Part shown: positions 11,374 to 23,304 of the stretch, piece by piece | Layout of the letters: the number at the start of each line of letters is the position of its first letter | Numbering within the stretch: position 1 is the first letter of the stretch | Source: Eledone cirrhosa | Taxonomy: Eukaryota | Assembly (NCBI GenBank): GCA_964016885.1 | Contig: OZ024741.1 | Span: 69,006,001 to 69,070,000 of the forward strand | Direction: 5' to 3' | DNA length: 64,000 nt | Translations under genes and position numbers: made by a program | The notes under the pieces: model-generated | Database searches by the model: none | Seen by the model: only the letters and a program-made list of their open reading frames with translations | Told to the model about the DNA's origin: nothing

Positions 11374-11866
11374 GCTGGTGAATTCGAGAAGGAGAGGGGT
11401 GCCCTTCCCGGGTGCCCTAGGAGCGTCGGGTGGCTCAGGACTGGTGGGGTGCTTGAGTCAACCCTGGGTGGTGATCCCTCTTATTGGGGAACTTTCATTG
11501 TTGTATTTTTATTGTTATTTTGTTTTTTTTGTTATTTATACTTACTCGATCTCTATGTAAACCCCCACTGTCCCTGTCTATTGTGTTGTCCCCTATATGT
11601 CGGCCCTTGTGGCCAATAAATGAAATCATTATTATTATTATTATTATTATTGAATGCCATGGTTGACGGAGGCTCGGCTCTGTAAGGTATAGTAATTTTT
11701 AACCGTTAAAACAATTGTAAATTGTTTAAAACTTGAACCAAATTGTTGATAAAGACACCCTCCTCCTCGTGAAAGGGGTCTTTCTGTCCGTTATTTGGCC
11801 CTTCGGGTTAAATAACCAGTTATTGGGGTTTTGTACCCAAAATTTCATTTTAAACAAAAAAACAAC

Positions 11867-13965
11867 ATGGCTACGAAAAAGAAATTTCATACGTCACTCC
11901 CACTCATTCCGTCTTCTTCTTCCTCAATCATCACTACAGCAGAGAGAAGATTGTCTCTCTCCCTCCCTTCTTTAAATGTGTCTCTCTCCCTTCCTTCTCT
12001 TTCGCAAGTGACGAAAGAAAAGAAAAGTCTCGTGCAAAGCGTGCAAGGTTTCTCCACGACGACGACGACAGCGACGAAACAGGTGTGCGGGAAATACGAA
12101 AACCCAGTTCATTCGTCTGACGTCAGGAATAATAGCAGTAGCAGCCGTAATAACAACAGCAACAGTGACAATGAAAACAACAGTAGCAGCCGCAACAGCA
12201 TCACCAGCAGCATAAACAACAACAGCATTAGCAGCAGCAACACCAACAACAACCACAGCAACAGCGGCGGAGGCAGTAGTCGTAGTACCTGCAGCAACAA
12301 CAAAAGTACCAGCAGCTCTGACGACAACAACAACAGCAGAGAAAAACCAATCTCATTTGCAGGTATTGCGAAAAACTTGGAAACAATCCTCATAACAAAT
12401 GAGGAATTAGAGGAAGCGAAGAAGATGGTGACAAAGAACGGACACCGAGCAATCTGCAAGGCAGCGAAAAATTTTTTCGAAACCCAAGAGCACTGTACGG
12501 TCACGTACCGTACAGTAAGTACAAAATCCCGTAGGGTGGAAAGATCCACAGAGGCCCAAATACAAAAAGCCTTGGGGTCTGTGTGGCAGCGGAAAACGCA
12601 CATCACCCGAGGCAAAAAAAATACGCCACCGTAGACGTACTTTTTGCCACACCCCAGGAGGCAAAGGCCCAATCAGTAGTGACCCTAAGGAGCGAGGAAA
12701 TGGTGTTGGTGCTCTCCTACTGCGGGCAAAAAATTGTGAGGGTCAAACTGACCCACGTCCCCCCCGGAATGACCCCTTCTTGGCTGGCCGCGTCTGTCCT
12801 CGTCGGAATCGAGGACAAAACAACTGTACTGCAAGTACAGAAAAAAGTAAGAGAAGATTGGGTCGGCTCCTCCATTGAGATGCTAATCCAAACCAACCAG
12901 GAGTGCATCGAAGCTATCCCGGATGTGATAGACTTCGATAACGGCACTCAACTGCCCATAAGTGTTGAGGGCAAACGCCCGAAATGCTTTCGCTGTGGAT
13001 CGAAGACTCACCTCAGGGCCTTCTGCAACGAGAAGACCCTGAGAAAGGAGAAAACCCCCCTCCTTCCGAATCCGGCTCCACGGCTACCAGCAACAGGACA
13101 AGCGGCAACCAGGAACGATAGGTCCGTGGCACCCATACCCACTCCACGGAAATCAAAGACAGCAGCAGCAGTGGAAATATTAACAACAACAACAGCAATA
13201 CCAAATGCAGCTGCAACAGAGACTCCAGTGCAAACATCACCAACAACAACAAGTGAAAGAGTGGAGCTGGTACCCCTCCCCGACCTTACAGAATCAGACA
13301 TGGAGTGTGAGGTGGGAGAGGGATGGCAAAAGGTCGCAAGAAGGCACAAACGCAGAAGCAGCGCATCGTCGCCTTTGAAAAGGGAGGAAAGAAATGAGAA
13401 AAGAGTAAAGTCTACTGCAAAGAGACCCACAGCAGCAACACCACCAACACCATCACCACCCACACCAGCACCACCATTACCACCGGCGACAACCCCACCG
13501 CCAACAACACCTTCAACACCACCACCACAAGCACCAACATCGCAAAAACAACAACAAAACACACACACCCAGCAACAACGACAAGAAAATAGCAGAACCA
13601 CACCCCACCCCCTGAAAAACAAATGCACGGCAATAAACACACACAACAAGAAACTAATGACTTACATAATTGAACACACAGACATTTCACAACAGGACTA
13701 CATAATACCAGCACCAATCAAAACGCCAACTAACATAAGACTGCTAAAAATAGCACAGAAACAATACACAAACATTAAAACGAAATTCCCCAACGCAGTT
13801 GGTGATTTCAGGGACCTAGGAGGAACCATCAATCGAAGAGTATATTCAGACATTCTCTTAGAAGAGCCGACGACCAGCCGAAGGGACGATTCAACGGTCC
13901 CTTCACCAGACGATCAAGTGAAAAGGGATGTAAAAACCATCCCTCCTCTACCAAAAGTACGGTAA
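11867..13965 (+). pseudogene. ORF1 of element 2, split by a frameshift at the A8 run 12614-12621
   Basis: ORFs 11831-12634 and 12583-13965 join at HITRGK/KYATVDVL. The sister copy at ~21010 reads GRKYA in frame. CCHC knuckle CFRCGSKTHLRAFC. Confidence 0.8.
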
Positions 13966-14000
13966 GTGGTCTTTCCCATCTTTTCCACTCTATTTTAAAC

Positions 14001-17000
14001 ATGACCTCACTCAGAATAGGCAGCATAAATGCGCGTGGCTTGGGGTCGTCATGGAAGCAGGGTCACCTGCTCAACGACCTCAGGTCACTAAACATAGATG
14101 TAGTGGCCATCAGCGAGACCAGAATCTCCGAAGCACGGGCCTTCGCACCGATCTTCGGCGGCTACGATGTGTACGCATCTCCCAGCCGTCCTGGATCGGG
14201 TGGAGGAGTTGCTGTGCTTTTTCGGAGAGGTTTGGATCTCGCCATACGGGCCATCTTCCTGGACCCAGAGGGTAAGCTGGTGGTGCTGGACGTGACCAGC
14301 GGAGACGGGCAAGCTTTCAGGCTAGTGGCCGTCTATGCCCCGACAGGAGCAGGGCGGCCTGATTTCTTCCGGCGTCTGGAGACCTTTCTTGGAACGTCCC
14401 GCTCTTTAGTGTTAGTGGGCGACTGGAACGGGATCTTAGATGCACGCTGGGACTGTGTGGGATTAGCGGATAGGGGTGGAGGGTGCAAGAGCCTCACCAA
14501 CCTGCTCAGGCGTTTTGAACTGTCTGACAGGTACCGATTGGATTTCCCGAATGTGCCAATGTGGACTTGGACAAACCGCATAGGGTCATCCAGATCATAT
14601 CTAGATAGAGTATTTTGTAGGGAAATAGATAGGTCTAGCATAGGCTGTCCACAATTCAAGATAGTCAGCTACACGGACCACAAATTCGTGACCTGTGTGC
14701 TTGACTTAGATAGGCTTCATAGACGAGGACCCGGCTACTGGAAGCTAAACGCGTCCTTACCAGCGCGCAAGGCCTACAGAGACCGGATTAGCGAACTAGT
14801 TAAGCGGGCGTTGACGGGGGCCATCGTCAACAACAAGTGGTGGTTTGCTCTGAAAAGAGCGATTAGAATAGAATCGATTAGGTTTAGTAAGGCTTTAGCA
14901 ATAGAGAAAAATAGAGCAGAGGGAGAACTAGTTAGAAAATTAGACGAGGCGCTTAGCAAAGGCATTGCGACCGACGTGCTTGCGGCGAAATTGGCCCTTG
15001 ACCAATTCTTCAATGCAAAGCACGAAGGCTGCGTTGTCAGAGCTAGGGTGCGTGCTCTCAGACACGAGGGGACGAAAGCCGTTCAATGGGCCCGAGTGGC
15101 GGAGGCGCGTCGTGGCAACAAAGCCACGATCCGGTCTTTGGTGGACCACGACGGGCGCATGCTACTCGATCCCGGGCAAATGTGTGAAGCTTTTCAGCGA
15201 CACTTCGCTCAGCTGTTCGGGGGCAGCGGGGGGCCGCGTAGAGGGATGGACTTTAGTGTCTACCTCGACGGACTGCCGCGGCTCTCGGCCACTGAGGCGA
15301 AGTGTTGCGAAAAGCCGATAACAGCCGCTGAAGTAAGGGAGGCAATGACTGGCTGCACAAGGGGTAAATCGCCTGGTTTGGATGGTCTGCCCTATGAACT
15401 TTACGTACAGATGCCAGACTTGTTCGGAGGCCTCTTGGCGGACGTCTACTGCAACTGGCAACAGAACGGGAGAATTCCCAGTTCTGTGAGCCGAGGAGCG
15501 GTGGCACTGCTGAGAAAGGATCCGAACAAGGGGGATAACATAGAAAATTTCCGGCCCATAACTCTGCTAAACACAGAGTTTAAGATTTTGGCCAAGGTGC
15601 TAGCAAAGAGGTTGGCGCTTGTCGTTGGTGGTCTGGTGGGAGAGGCGCAGACATGCGCCATTCCCAACAGATCCATCCACGACAACCTCCACCTCATGCG
15701 ATACATCGTAGAGAGGGTAGCTAGGGAACCTGGCACGGGTGGGTCCTTGATCAATTTAGATCAGTCGAAAGCTTTCGATAGGGTCGACCATCGTTACCTA
15801 GCGGCAGTCCTGAGGGCGGCTGGCTTTGGGCCCGTCTTCAGAGGCTGGATCGCTGCCATGCACAGCGACATCTGCTCTGTGGTGAGAGTGAACGGTCACC
15901 TGTCGGAACCGTTCAACATCATGCGCTCGGTCCGCCAAGGATGTCCCCTCTCGTCCCTCTTGTACGTATTGACTCTTGAGCCATTACTGCACAAACTGGA
16001 GACGTTGAGGGGAGTCCCGCGCGAACTAGGATGCGGAAGATCCGTGTCAGCATATGCGGACGATGTCACCGTAGTGGTGTCGAACGCCAAACACATCGAG
16101 GCGATCGGCACTACACTAAGAGAATACGAAGCGGTGACAGGAGCAATGATCAACCAGGAAAAGTCAGTGGGCCTGCAGCTCGGCACCTGGAGAGGCAGGT
16201 CCATGCCGTCCAACAGCGTCGTCGGGCGCTGGACGGACGGACCGGTTAAATTGCTAGGGGTCTGGTTCGGTCCGGACCTCCAGACGGACAAAAACTGGGA
16301 CGAGGTGACGAGCAGGGTGGCTTCTCTCACCCAGAAATGGGCGGAGAGGAAGCTATCCCTGAAAGGTCGAGCGGAGGTGGCTAACGCGTAGATCGCGTCT
16401 GTCATCTGCTACCGCCTAACCGTCGTACCTTGTCCTAAGCCTCGCCTGACTGCGCTGGAGCGTTTGCTCTTTCGCTTTTTGTGGAAGGGACGTGCTCCGA
16501 TGGTCAGGCGGTCCATCTGTTGTCAACACCCGCTACGTGGAGGGCTGGGCATGCCGTGGCTGATGATGCGCAGGCACGCGCTCAGGCTACGACATCTCCA
16601 CCTCTTCCTCGACGGTGATCAGGTGTGGTCGCCGTTTGCTAGACGCGTTTTTCCCCAGCTCGTTTCCTTGACGGAGCTGCAGTCCTGGGTCAAGCGAAGA
16701 CCGAGAGGGAGCGCCTGGAGACTGGAATGTCTTCAGGCGCTCACAGCCCTCGACCAATCGGGCAATGTGATCGGTGGAAACTCCACCTCGGCGTTCTATA
16801 GAGGATTAGTGGAGGGGAAGAGCGACGACGTACTTGGGGAAACTCTAGGCGTCGACGAAAATCAACTAGCCAATCTCTTCGGAAGAACTTTCGGGCCAGG
16901 GCCTATGGACAACTTCCAGAAATCTCTGGCCTGGCAGTGCTACCGAGGAGCCTTGCCAGTTCGGGATAAACTCTACAGGCATGGAGGTGCCGTCAGCCGG

Positions 17001-17420
17001 GCATGTCCGAGATGCGCGCAGGGCGACGAAACCGTCCTGCACGCACTCGTCCAGTGTCCGAAAATTGCTGACTTGTGGGTTTATGTCGAACACCTGCTGT
17101 CGCGTTTAGGACGGATCCAGCTATCATCTGAGTCCATCGTGAGGATTGCCCCGCCCTCCTCCTTTAGCCGGGAAGGGCAGGCAGTTTTTATCTGTCTGGT
17201 GGCCATGGCGAAAGAGATAGTATGGTGGACACGTTTGAAAGGGCTGAAGACGAGCACTTACCTCTTCGGTGATGCTCTGATTGACTTTTTCAAATTTCAT
17301 TTGAAAAGGAAAATCAGAGTAGAGAGGGAAGTGCTCTCTTCCCAGCATTTTGTTGAAAGATGGGTGAGAGAAGCAAGAATGGCCCGAGTGAATGGGCCGA
17401 CTCTGAGTATATATCTGTAA
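14001..17420 (+). pseudogene. ORF2 of element 2 with a premature TAG at 16389-16391
   Basis: Aligns end-to-end with element 1 ORF2. The Tyr codon of VANAY has become TAG and the same frame continues to 17420. Confidence 0.9.
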
Positions 17421-17680
17421 ACTAAAGGTGGAAAACTGGGAGAGGGCACTTGCCTTGGTGGTCAGGGTCATTGTGGCTTTTTACTGGGCTTTCTCCACAA
17501 ATGTCCCTCCGAAGTCTCCCCCCTATTGGGGAATTTTTCATTGTTATTTTCATTGTTATTTTTGTTACATCCTCTGTTTTTGTTTTTTTACACGCAGAAA
17601 TGCCCATTTGTACCGTCCTGCATTGTCCTGCACTGTCCTTAATGTCTACTTTATGTAAACCCTTGTGGTTAATAAAGAAA

Positions 17681-17732
<52 letters not shown>

Positions 17733-17735
<3 letters not shown>

Positions 17736-17912
17736 GGGCGGTGGATTGGCAGTATCGGTAGAGGGTCGGACGCCATGCTTTGGCGCATAGAGTTACGGCC
17801 CTTGCCATTCTGAGTTCAAATCCCGCCGAGGTTAACTTTGCCTTTCATCCTTATGGGGTCGATAAAATAAAGTACCAGTAATACACTGGGTAATTGATGG
17901 CCTTGTGCCAAA
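17733..17912 (+). mobile_element. tRNA-derived SINE
   Basis: A-box-like TGGCAGTATCGG, B-box GAGTTCAAATCC and body CTTTGCCTTTCATCC..GGGGTCGATAAAATAAAGTACCAG, which recurs many times in the window. Confidence 0.85.
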
Positions 17913-17913
17913 C

Positions 17914-20208
17914 AATTATTATTATTATTGTTCTTTGAGTCTCAGTCATTGATGTTAGTTAACTGGAAAGTTTGTTGAAATGAATATCAAGCCACTACCT
18001 GCAGCCTCAGATATTCAGGACGTATCGGAGGGTTCTTGCTGTTTCCAGCAAGCATGCCTTTTGAAGTGTTCCAAAATGCGGGGCGGGACCAATTTTCTTT
18101 AACCATCCTTGGAAACTCTTTGAGATAGTACCTAGTGCGCCTATGACAATCGGGACCACTTTGACTTCATGGCAGTTCCAAATCCTTTTTACCTCCCACT
18201 TTAAGTCCTGGTATCGGTTAATTTTCTCGCTCTCCTTCTCTTGCACTCTCGTGTCGAATGGGCAGGCCACATCCACAATCAGGCACGATCTTTTTTCCTT
18301 GTCCAAAACCATCAGGTTAGGTCTATTGTGTTCCAGTTTCTTGTCCGTTAGCACCTTCACCTGATCGTTTTATATCACCGACTCTGGCTTATGCTCATAC
18401 CACTTCTCAGAATGTGGTAAATTGTTTACTTTGCATAGGTGCCAGTGGATCACCCTGCCCATCACATCATGTCTCCAGCCTTTATAGTGAGTCTGGGCTA
18501 GGTGTTTACACTCGGATACAATGTGAGCCACAGTCTCCTCTCTCTCTCTCCACAGATCCTACACAGTGGGCTAGCCTCCTCCTTGTAAATATGGTGTTTC
18601 AGCCACTTCGTTTTGAGGGCCTGCTCTTGCGTAGCCATTAGCATTCCTACTGTAGCCTTTTTAAGGTCTCCTCTTTTCAACCAGTTCCATGTCTGTGGAT
18701 CTCTGAATTCAGTTTTCTCAAAGAAGTTACTATGAAGGGATTTTTCATGAAGGTTGCTCTTTCTCCTTGTTGTTATTTCCTCCTTGGATATCCCCTGGTC
18801 TATTTTCCTCTCCTTCAGTACAATTCTGAGCATTGGCTCCCTACTATCAGTCACGTATTTGTGTAGGTTGTTTTTCTCCATCTGAACACAGTCCTCTATG
18901 CTGATAAGACCTCTTCCACCTTCAGATCTCCTTAAGTAGAGTCTATCGACATCACTCCTCTTGTGGAACATGTTGTAGATAGTCAATAGCTTCCTAGTCT
19001 TCCTATCCATTTCTTTTTGTTCAGCAACATTCCATCTCAGAATTCCCGCACTGTACGTAATAATAGACACAGCTCGGGAATTTACTGCACTTATGGCATT
19101 CCTACTGTTCAGATGTGATTTTAATGCGCTCCTTACTCTCCGAATGTATTCAGATCTTATCAATTCCTTCATTTTTTTGTTCTTGGTGTCATCAGCCTCC
19201 AGAGCACCTAAATATTTGTATCCTTCTTCAGTATCAATTTCCTTTATCATCTCACATGTTGGTACCTGGATTCCGTTGCTTCAGCTCAATTTACTCCTCT
19301 TCATCACAAGGACTCCACACTTATTAATACCAAATTGCATACATATATCATTACTGAAAATACGGACAGTGTCAACAAGCACATCCAACTCCTTCTCACT
19401 CTTCCCGAAGAGCTTAAGATCGTCCATGAAGAGGAGGTGATTGATGGTAAGCTCTCCCTTTCCCAACTTGTATCCTGCTCTCACTTTTCGCAGTATAATA
19501 GTCAGGGGCATCAGGGCAAGCACAAACAACAGAGGGGACAGACTATCTCTCTGGAAGATACCTCTCTTGATCTTCACGCCTCCCAGGGATTCTCCAGCCG
19601 CTGTTAACTCTGTTTTCCCGGACTTCATACTTTTGCTCAGCAACTGTCTGATGTTATCTGCCACCTTGAAGATCTCTAGGCTTTTGGTGATCCAAGAATG
19701 AAGCACCATGTCAAATGCCTTTTTGTAGTCTATCCATCCCATGGCAAGACCAGTGTGTCTCCTCTTGCAATTCCTCATTACCATCTTATCAATAAGTAAC
19801 TGGTCCTTTGTACCACGGGACTTCTTTCGGCATTCTTTCTGTTCGTCCGGTACCAAGTTGTTTATGTGGAGGTGATGGTAGATTTCCTGAGACACAATGC
19901 TTGTCAACAGTTTCCACATTACGGACAGACTTGTGATAGGTCTATAGTTGGTAACATCATTACCCTTGATTCGGTCTTTCATTGCCAGAACTGTGGTACC
20001 TTTTGTCAACCACTCTGGTACCTCACCTGACATCAAGCAGTTATTGAACATGGTTGTCAGTTTCGGGTGGAGGGATGTTATATTTTAATCCAATACCCCT
20101 GCACACCATCTGGGCCTGGTGATTTCCAGTTGGTTAGTTTTTTGGCTTACCCCTTAAGAGTTTCAACTGTGATACTCAAAAGTATCTCCTTTTGTACTGT
20201 TTCAATCC
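17914..20208 (-). mobile_element. 5'-truncated R4/Dong-clade non-LTR element (RT plus restriction-like endonuclease) with (TAA)n tail
   Basis: ORFs 19281-20051 (NYRPIT, WIDYKKAFD, FQ.DSLSPL, LFMDDLKL), 18498-19250 (GGRGL, CRIC) and 18007-18360 (HNRP..DVACPFD..K..Y..L). Confidence 0.88.
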
Positions 20209-21435
20209 ACACTCAGCTGTCAGACAACACAGAGAGAGGGAGACTTTGTCAGCATGTCAACAAGACAGCGTTCCAGCGGAGGTAAATATAAACGAAAATA
20301 TTACAAAGGAAAAGAAGATTGTTACAGATTTAAAATTAACAAATATTTCTGACACAAACAACACCAACAATAACACCAACAATAACACCAACAACAACAC
20401 CAACAACAACACCATCAATAACAACAGCAACAACAAAAATAACAGCGGTAAAGTCGAGAACGACAATAACAAAAATAACAGCGGTAAGGTCGAGAACGAC
20501 AATGATAATGACAATAACAACAACCACAACAACAATAATAGTAGGAACAGTATCAACAAAACAACAATAATAACAACAGCCACAATGACAGTAACAACAG
20601 CAACAGTATCAACGAAAACAACAACAACAACACCAACAACTGTACCAACGAAAACAACAACAATGACACCGATACCTGTAATAGCGATCTCAGCACCACC
20701 AGTAAGACCAGTAGCGGCAGCAATAGTGGTGCTGCTGAAAAAGGGACCACTTCTTTTGCAGGTGTCGCCCGAAATATCGAGACAGTGTTAGTCACAGAGG
20801 AGGAGATGGCAGTCGCAAGGGCCATGGTGACAAGAAGCGCAAATAGAGTCTCCCTGAAACCTCCACCCGATTTTTTCAAGGACCAGCAGCTACGGACGGT
20901 GACTTACCGCACCGTAAGCAAAATCTCACATCGGGTGGAGAGAGCCACGGAGGCTCAAATCCAAAAGGCCTTGGGGTGCGTCTGGGCACGCAAAACCCAC
21001 ATCACCCGAGGCAGAAAGTACGCCACAATAGACGTGCTGCCTTCTAGCAAGTTTGTTGAAAGGTGGGTGAATGTAGCGAGAATGGTCCGAGTGAACGAGA
21101 CCACTCTGAATATACGTCTGTAGTTTGAGAGATGGAAAAATTGAGAGAAGGCGCTTGCCCTGGTGGTCAGAGTGGCCGTGGTCTTTTGTGTAGTTTTCGC
21201 CACGAGTAACCCTCGGAGGTTTCCCCCCTATTGGGGAATTTTTCATTGTTTCAATTTTCATTTTTATTGTTTATATATATATATGTTTCTATCTCCTTTT
21301 TTTTCTTTTCTTATATAAATAATAAAAATATTTACACGCACAAAACCCACATCGTACCGTCCTGTACCGTCCTGTGCCGTCTGCAATGTTTTTCTTGATG
21401 TCAGCCCTTGTGGCCAATAAAGAAATCATTATTAA

Positions 21436-21477
<42 letters not shown>

Positions 21478-21480
21478 CAT
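20209..21480 (+). mobile_element. Internally deleted Tx1-like element: ORF1 N-terminal part fused to the last ~28 codons of ORF2, 3' UTR and (ATT)n
   Basis: SFAGVARNIETVLVTEEE...HITRGRKYATIDVL (ORF1 like element 2) runs into PSSKFVERWVNVARMVRVNETTLNIRL* (ORF2 end). Confidence 0.88.
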
Positions 21481-21491
21481 TATATAGATAA

Positions 21492-21539
<48 letters not shown>

Positions 21540-21610
21540 TTAGGGTAAATATTGATGCAATTCAATTCAAGCACTCAACGTACTTTTTCCACATAGGAGT
21601 GACGGAGTAA

Positions 21611-21719
21611 ATATCGAATAAGTAAAAGCGAAGTAGTTTCAGATGTTCAAGTCCTTTAATAATAATTAATAATATTATTAAAGGACTTGAACATCTAAAA
21701 CTACTTCACTTTTACTTAT

Positions 21720-21726
<7 letters not shown>
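21611..21726. repeat. Fold-back inverted repeat ending in (TA)n
   Basis: ATATCGAATAAGTAAAAG..GTCCTTTAATAA pairs with TTATTAAAGGAC..CTTTTACTTATTCGATAT. The left part is related to 27720-27850. Confidence 0.85.
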
Positions 21727-21766
<40 letters not shown>

Positions 21767-21771
<5 letters not shown>

Positions 21772-21974
21772 AACCAGTAAGACCCCGACAGCTGAGCTCA
21801 AGCCGTTTCGACGGCTAATTCTGGACTGAATTAGCCGTCCAGAATTAGCCGTCGAAACGGCTTGAGCTCAGCTGTCGGGGTCTTACTGGTTCCTATTACC
21901 CACTCTACTACCTCAAGTATTGAGTACTTTGGTGCGTTATGGTCCACCTGGTTCCTTACCACATTTCCTTCGTT
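21767..21974 (+). mobile_element. (TA)n-flanked fold-back element carrying the 3' half of a hammerhead (family H-GTC)
   Basis: Palindrome 21767-21896 is centred on the hairpin GACGGCTAATTCTGGAC/GTCCAGAATTAGCCGTC, followed by GAAAC-GGCT-TGAGCTC-AGCT-GTC. Tail shared with 49600, 52077, 52408 and 62435. Confidence 0.75.
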
Positions 21975-22042
21975 ATATATATATATATATATATATAGTG
22001 ACGAAACATAAGTCAATTGCATGAACTCATAATCCTTTATTT

Positions 22043-22098
22043 ACTGCTATATATATTTCGATGATAGCCTTTGAATGGCTATGATCTCATCAGGCAGT
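22043..22098 (-). ncRNA. Type I hammerhead ribozyme motif
   Basis: ACTGC-CTGATGA-GATCATAGCCATTCAAAGGCTATCATC-GAAA-TATATA-TA-GCAGT followed by AATAAA. Second copy at 41773. Confidence 0.7.
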
Positions 22099-22157
22099 TA
22101 GTCAGTTCTTAGATATGCCAGCTCTGTGCTTATAGTGTTGATGGTATCGGAGCCTTG

Positions 22158-22265
<108 letters not shown>

Positions 22266-22514
22266 GAGAGAGAGAGAGAGAGAGAGAATGGGGAGGAGGT
22301 AGATACATACATACATAGACAGGCAGATAGATACATAGATAGATATATAGATAGATGAATAGATATATGCTGGTTTCTTTTACATGATAGATAAAAAGGA
22401 AGACGACAAAAACGGTCTGAAAATCTAACCGTGAAGATACATAGATTATTTAATACATGTATTAAATTATTTCTCAACAGATCTTTGCATATATACAAAT
22501 ATGCATGCATGCAT

Positions 22515-22582
<68 letters not shown>

Positions 22583-22591
22583 GCACACACA

Positions 22592-23202
22592 CATGGTGGC
22601 TGCCAACTCGTTTTCGAGTATGGCCACTACTTTATATCCATGTAGGAGAACCCCTACCGATGCGCTGAACGAGTGTGACTTTTTAGTCCAGCCAGCGACT
22701 TGAAATCTCTGGTACAAACACTACACTTGTGACAATTATTGACACATAGTGCTGGGCCCATGGTACCATGTGACGACAAGTGCAGAGAGATCTCTAGATA
22801 TAAAGCAATGCCTGTGCCGTGAAGCTTTTATAGTGAGCAAAGGCATTGCACAAAGCCAGTCCCACTCTCTTAACCAAGATGATATTTACCAAAAAGAAGA
22901 ACAATTCAACATGATTGGATACCATCAGAGTTGCAGGTGTTATATCAGAGTTTTCCTTCTCCTAGAATTCTGCCTTGACAAAGGCTAAGGGGTCATCTCT
23001 CCCGGTGATTTTGGATGGCCATTGACTCTTAAGAGCTCCTTTGCCCTTTGACAGGTTTTATTTTTTGTCCTGCAGGATGTCCAAAGTCACCCTCCTAACC
23101 AAGAAAACTTGGTGGGGTTGCCAGTTTAGTCGCCAACGACCCGACAATGAGACAGGTTCTACTGGGATACATGTTACCAGTAGCACCAACTGGTGACCTG
23201 AC
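22592..23202 (-). mobile_element. Full copy of family A non-autonomous RTE derivative
   Basis: Reverse complement of 40949-41551, flanked by CA/CATA repeats. Confidence 0.9.
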
Positions 23203-23256
23203 ATAACACACATACACAAATACATACATACATACATACATACATACATACATACA

Positions 23257-23290
<34 letters not shown>

Positions 23291-23304
23291 CATAAAAAAA
23301 TATC

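Larger units (their letters stand above)
5831..11651 (+). mobile_element. Full-length Tx1/L1-clade non-LTR retrotransposon, element 1
   Basis: 5' UTR, two open ORFs, 3' UTR with AATAAA, and (ATT)n at both ends. Confidence 0.92.
11652..17732 (+). mobile_element. Full-length Tx1/L1-clade retrotransposon, element 2 (one ORF1 frameshift, one ORF2 stop)
   Basis: Begins directly after the (ATT)n tail of element 1 and ends in AATAAA plus (ATT)n. Confidence 0.92.

Noticed and set aside
6034-17471. Antisense and alternate-frame ORFs inside the Tx1 elements
   Set aside because: They are shadows of the long sense ORFs and low-complexity codon use, with no recognisable motifs.
17733-17830. tRNA gene suggested by A/B boxes
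   Set aside because: There is no cloverleaf or acceptor stem. It is the head of a multi-copy SINE.
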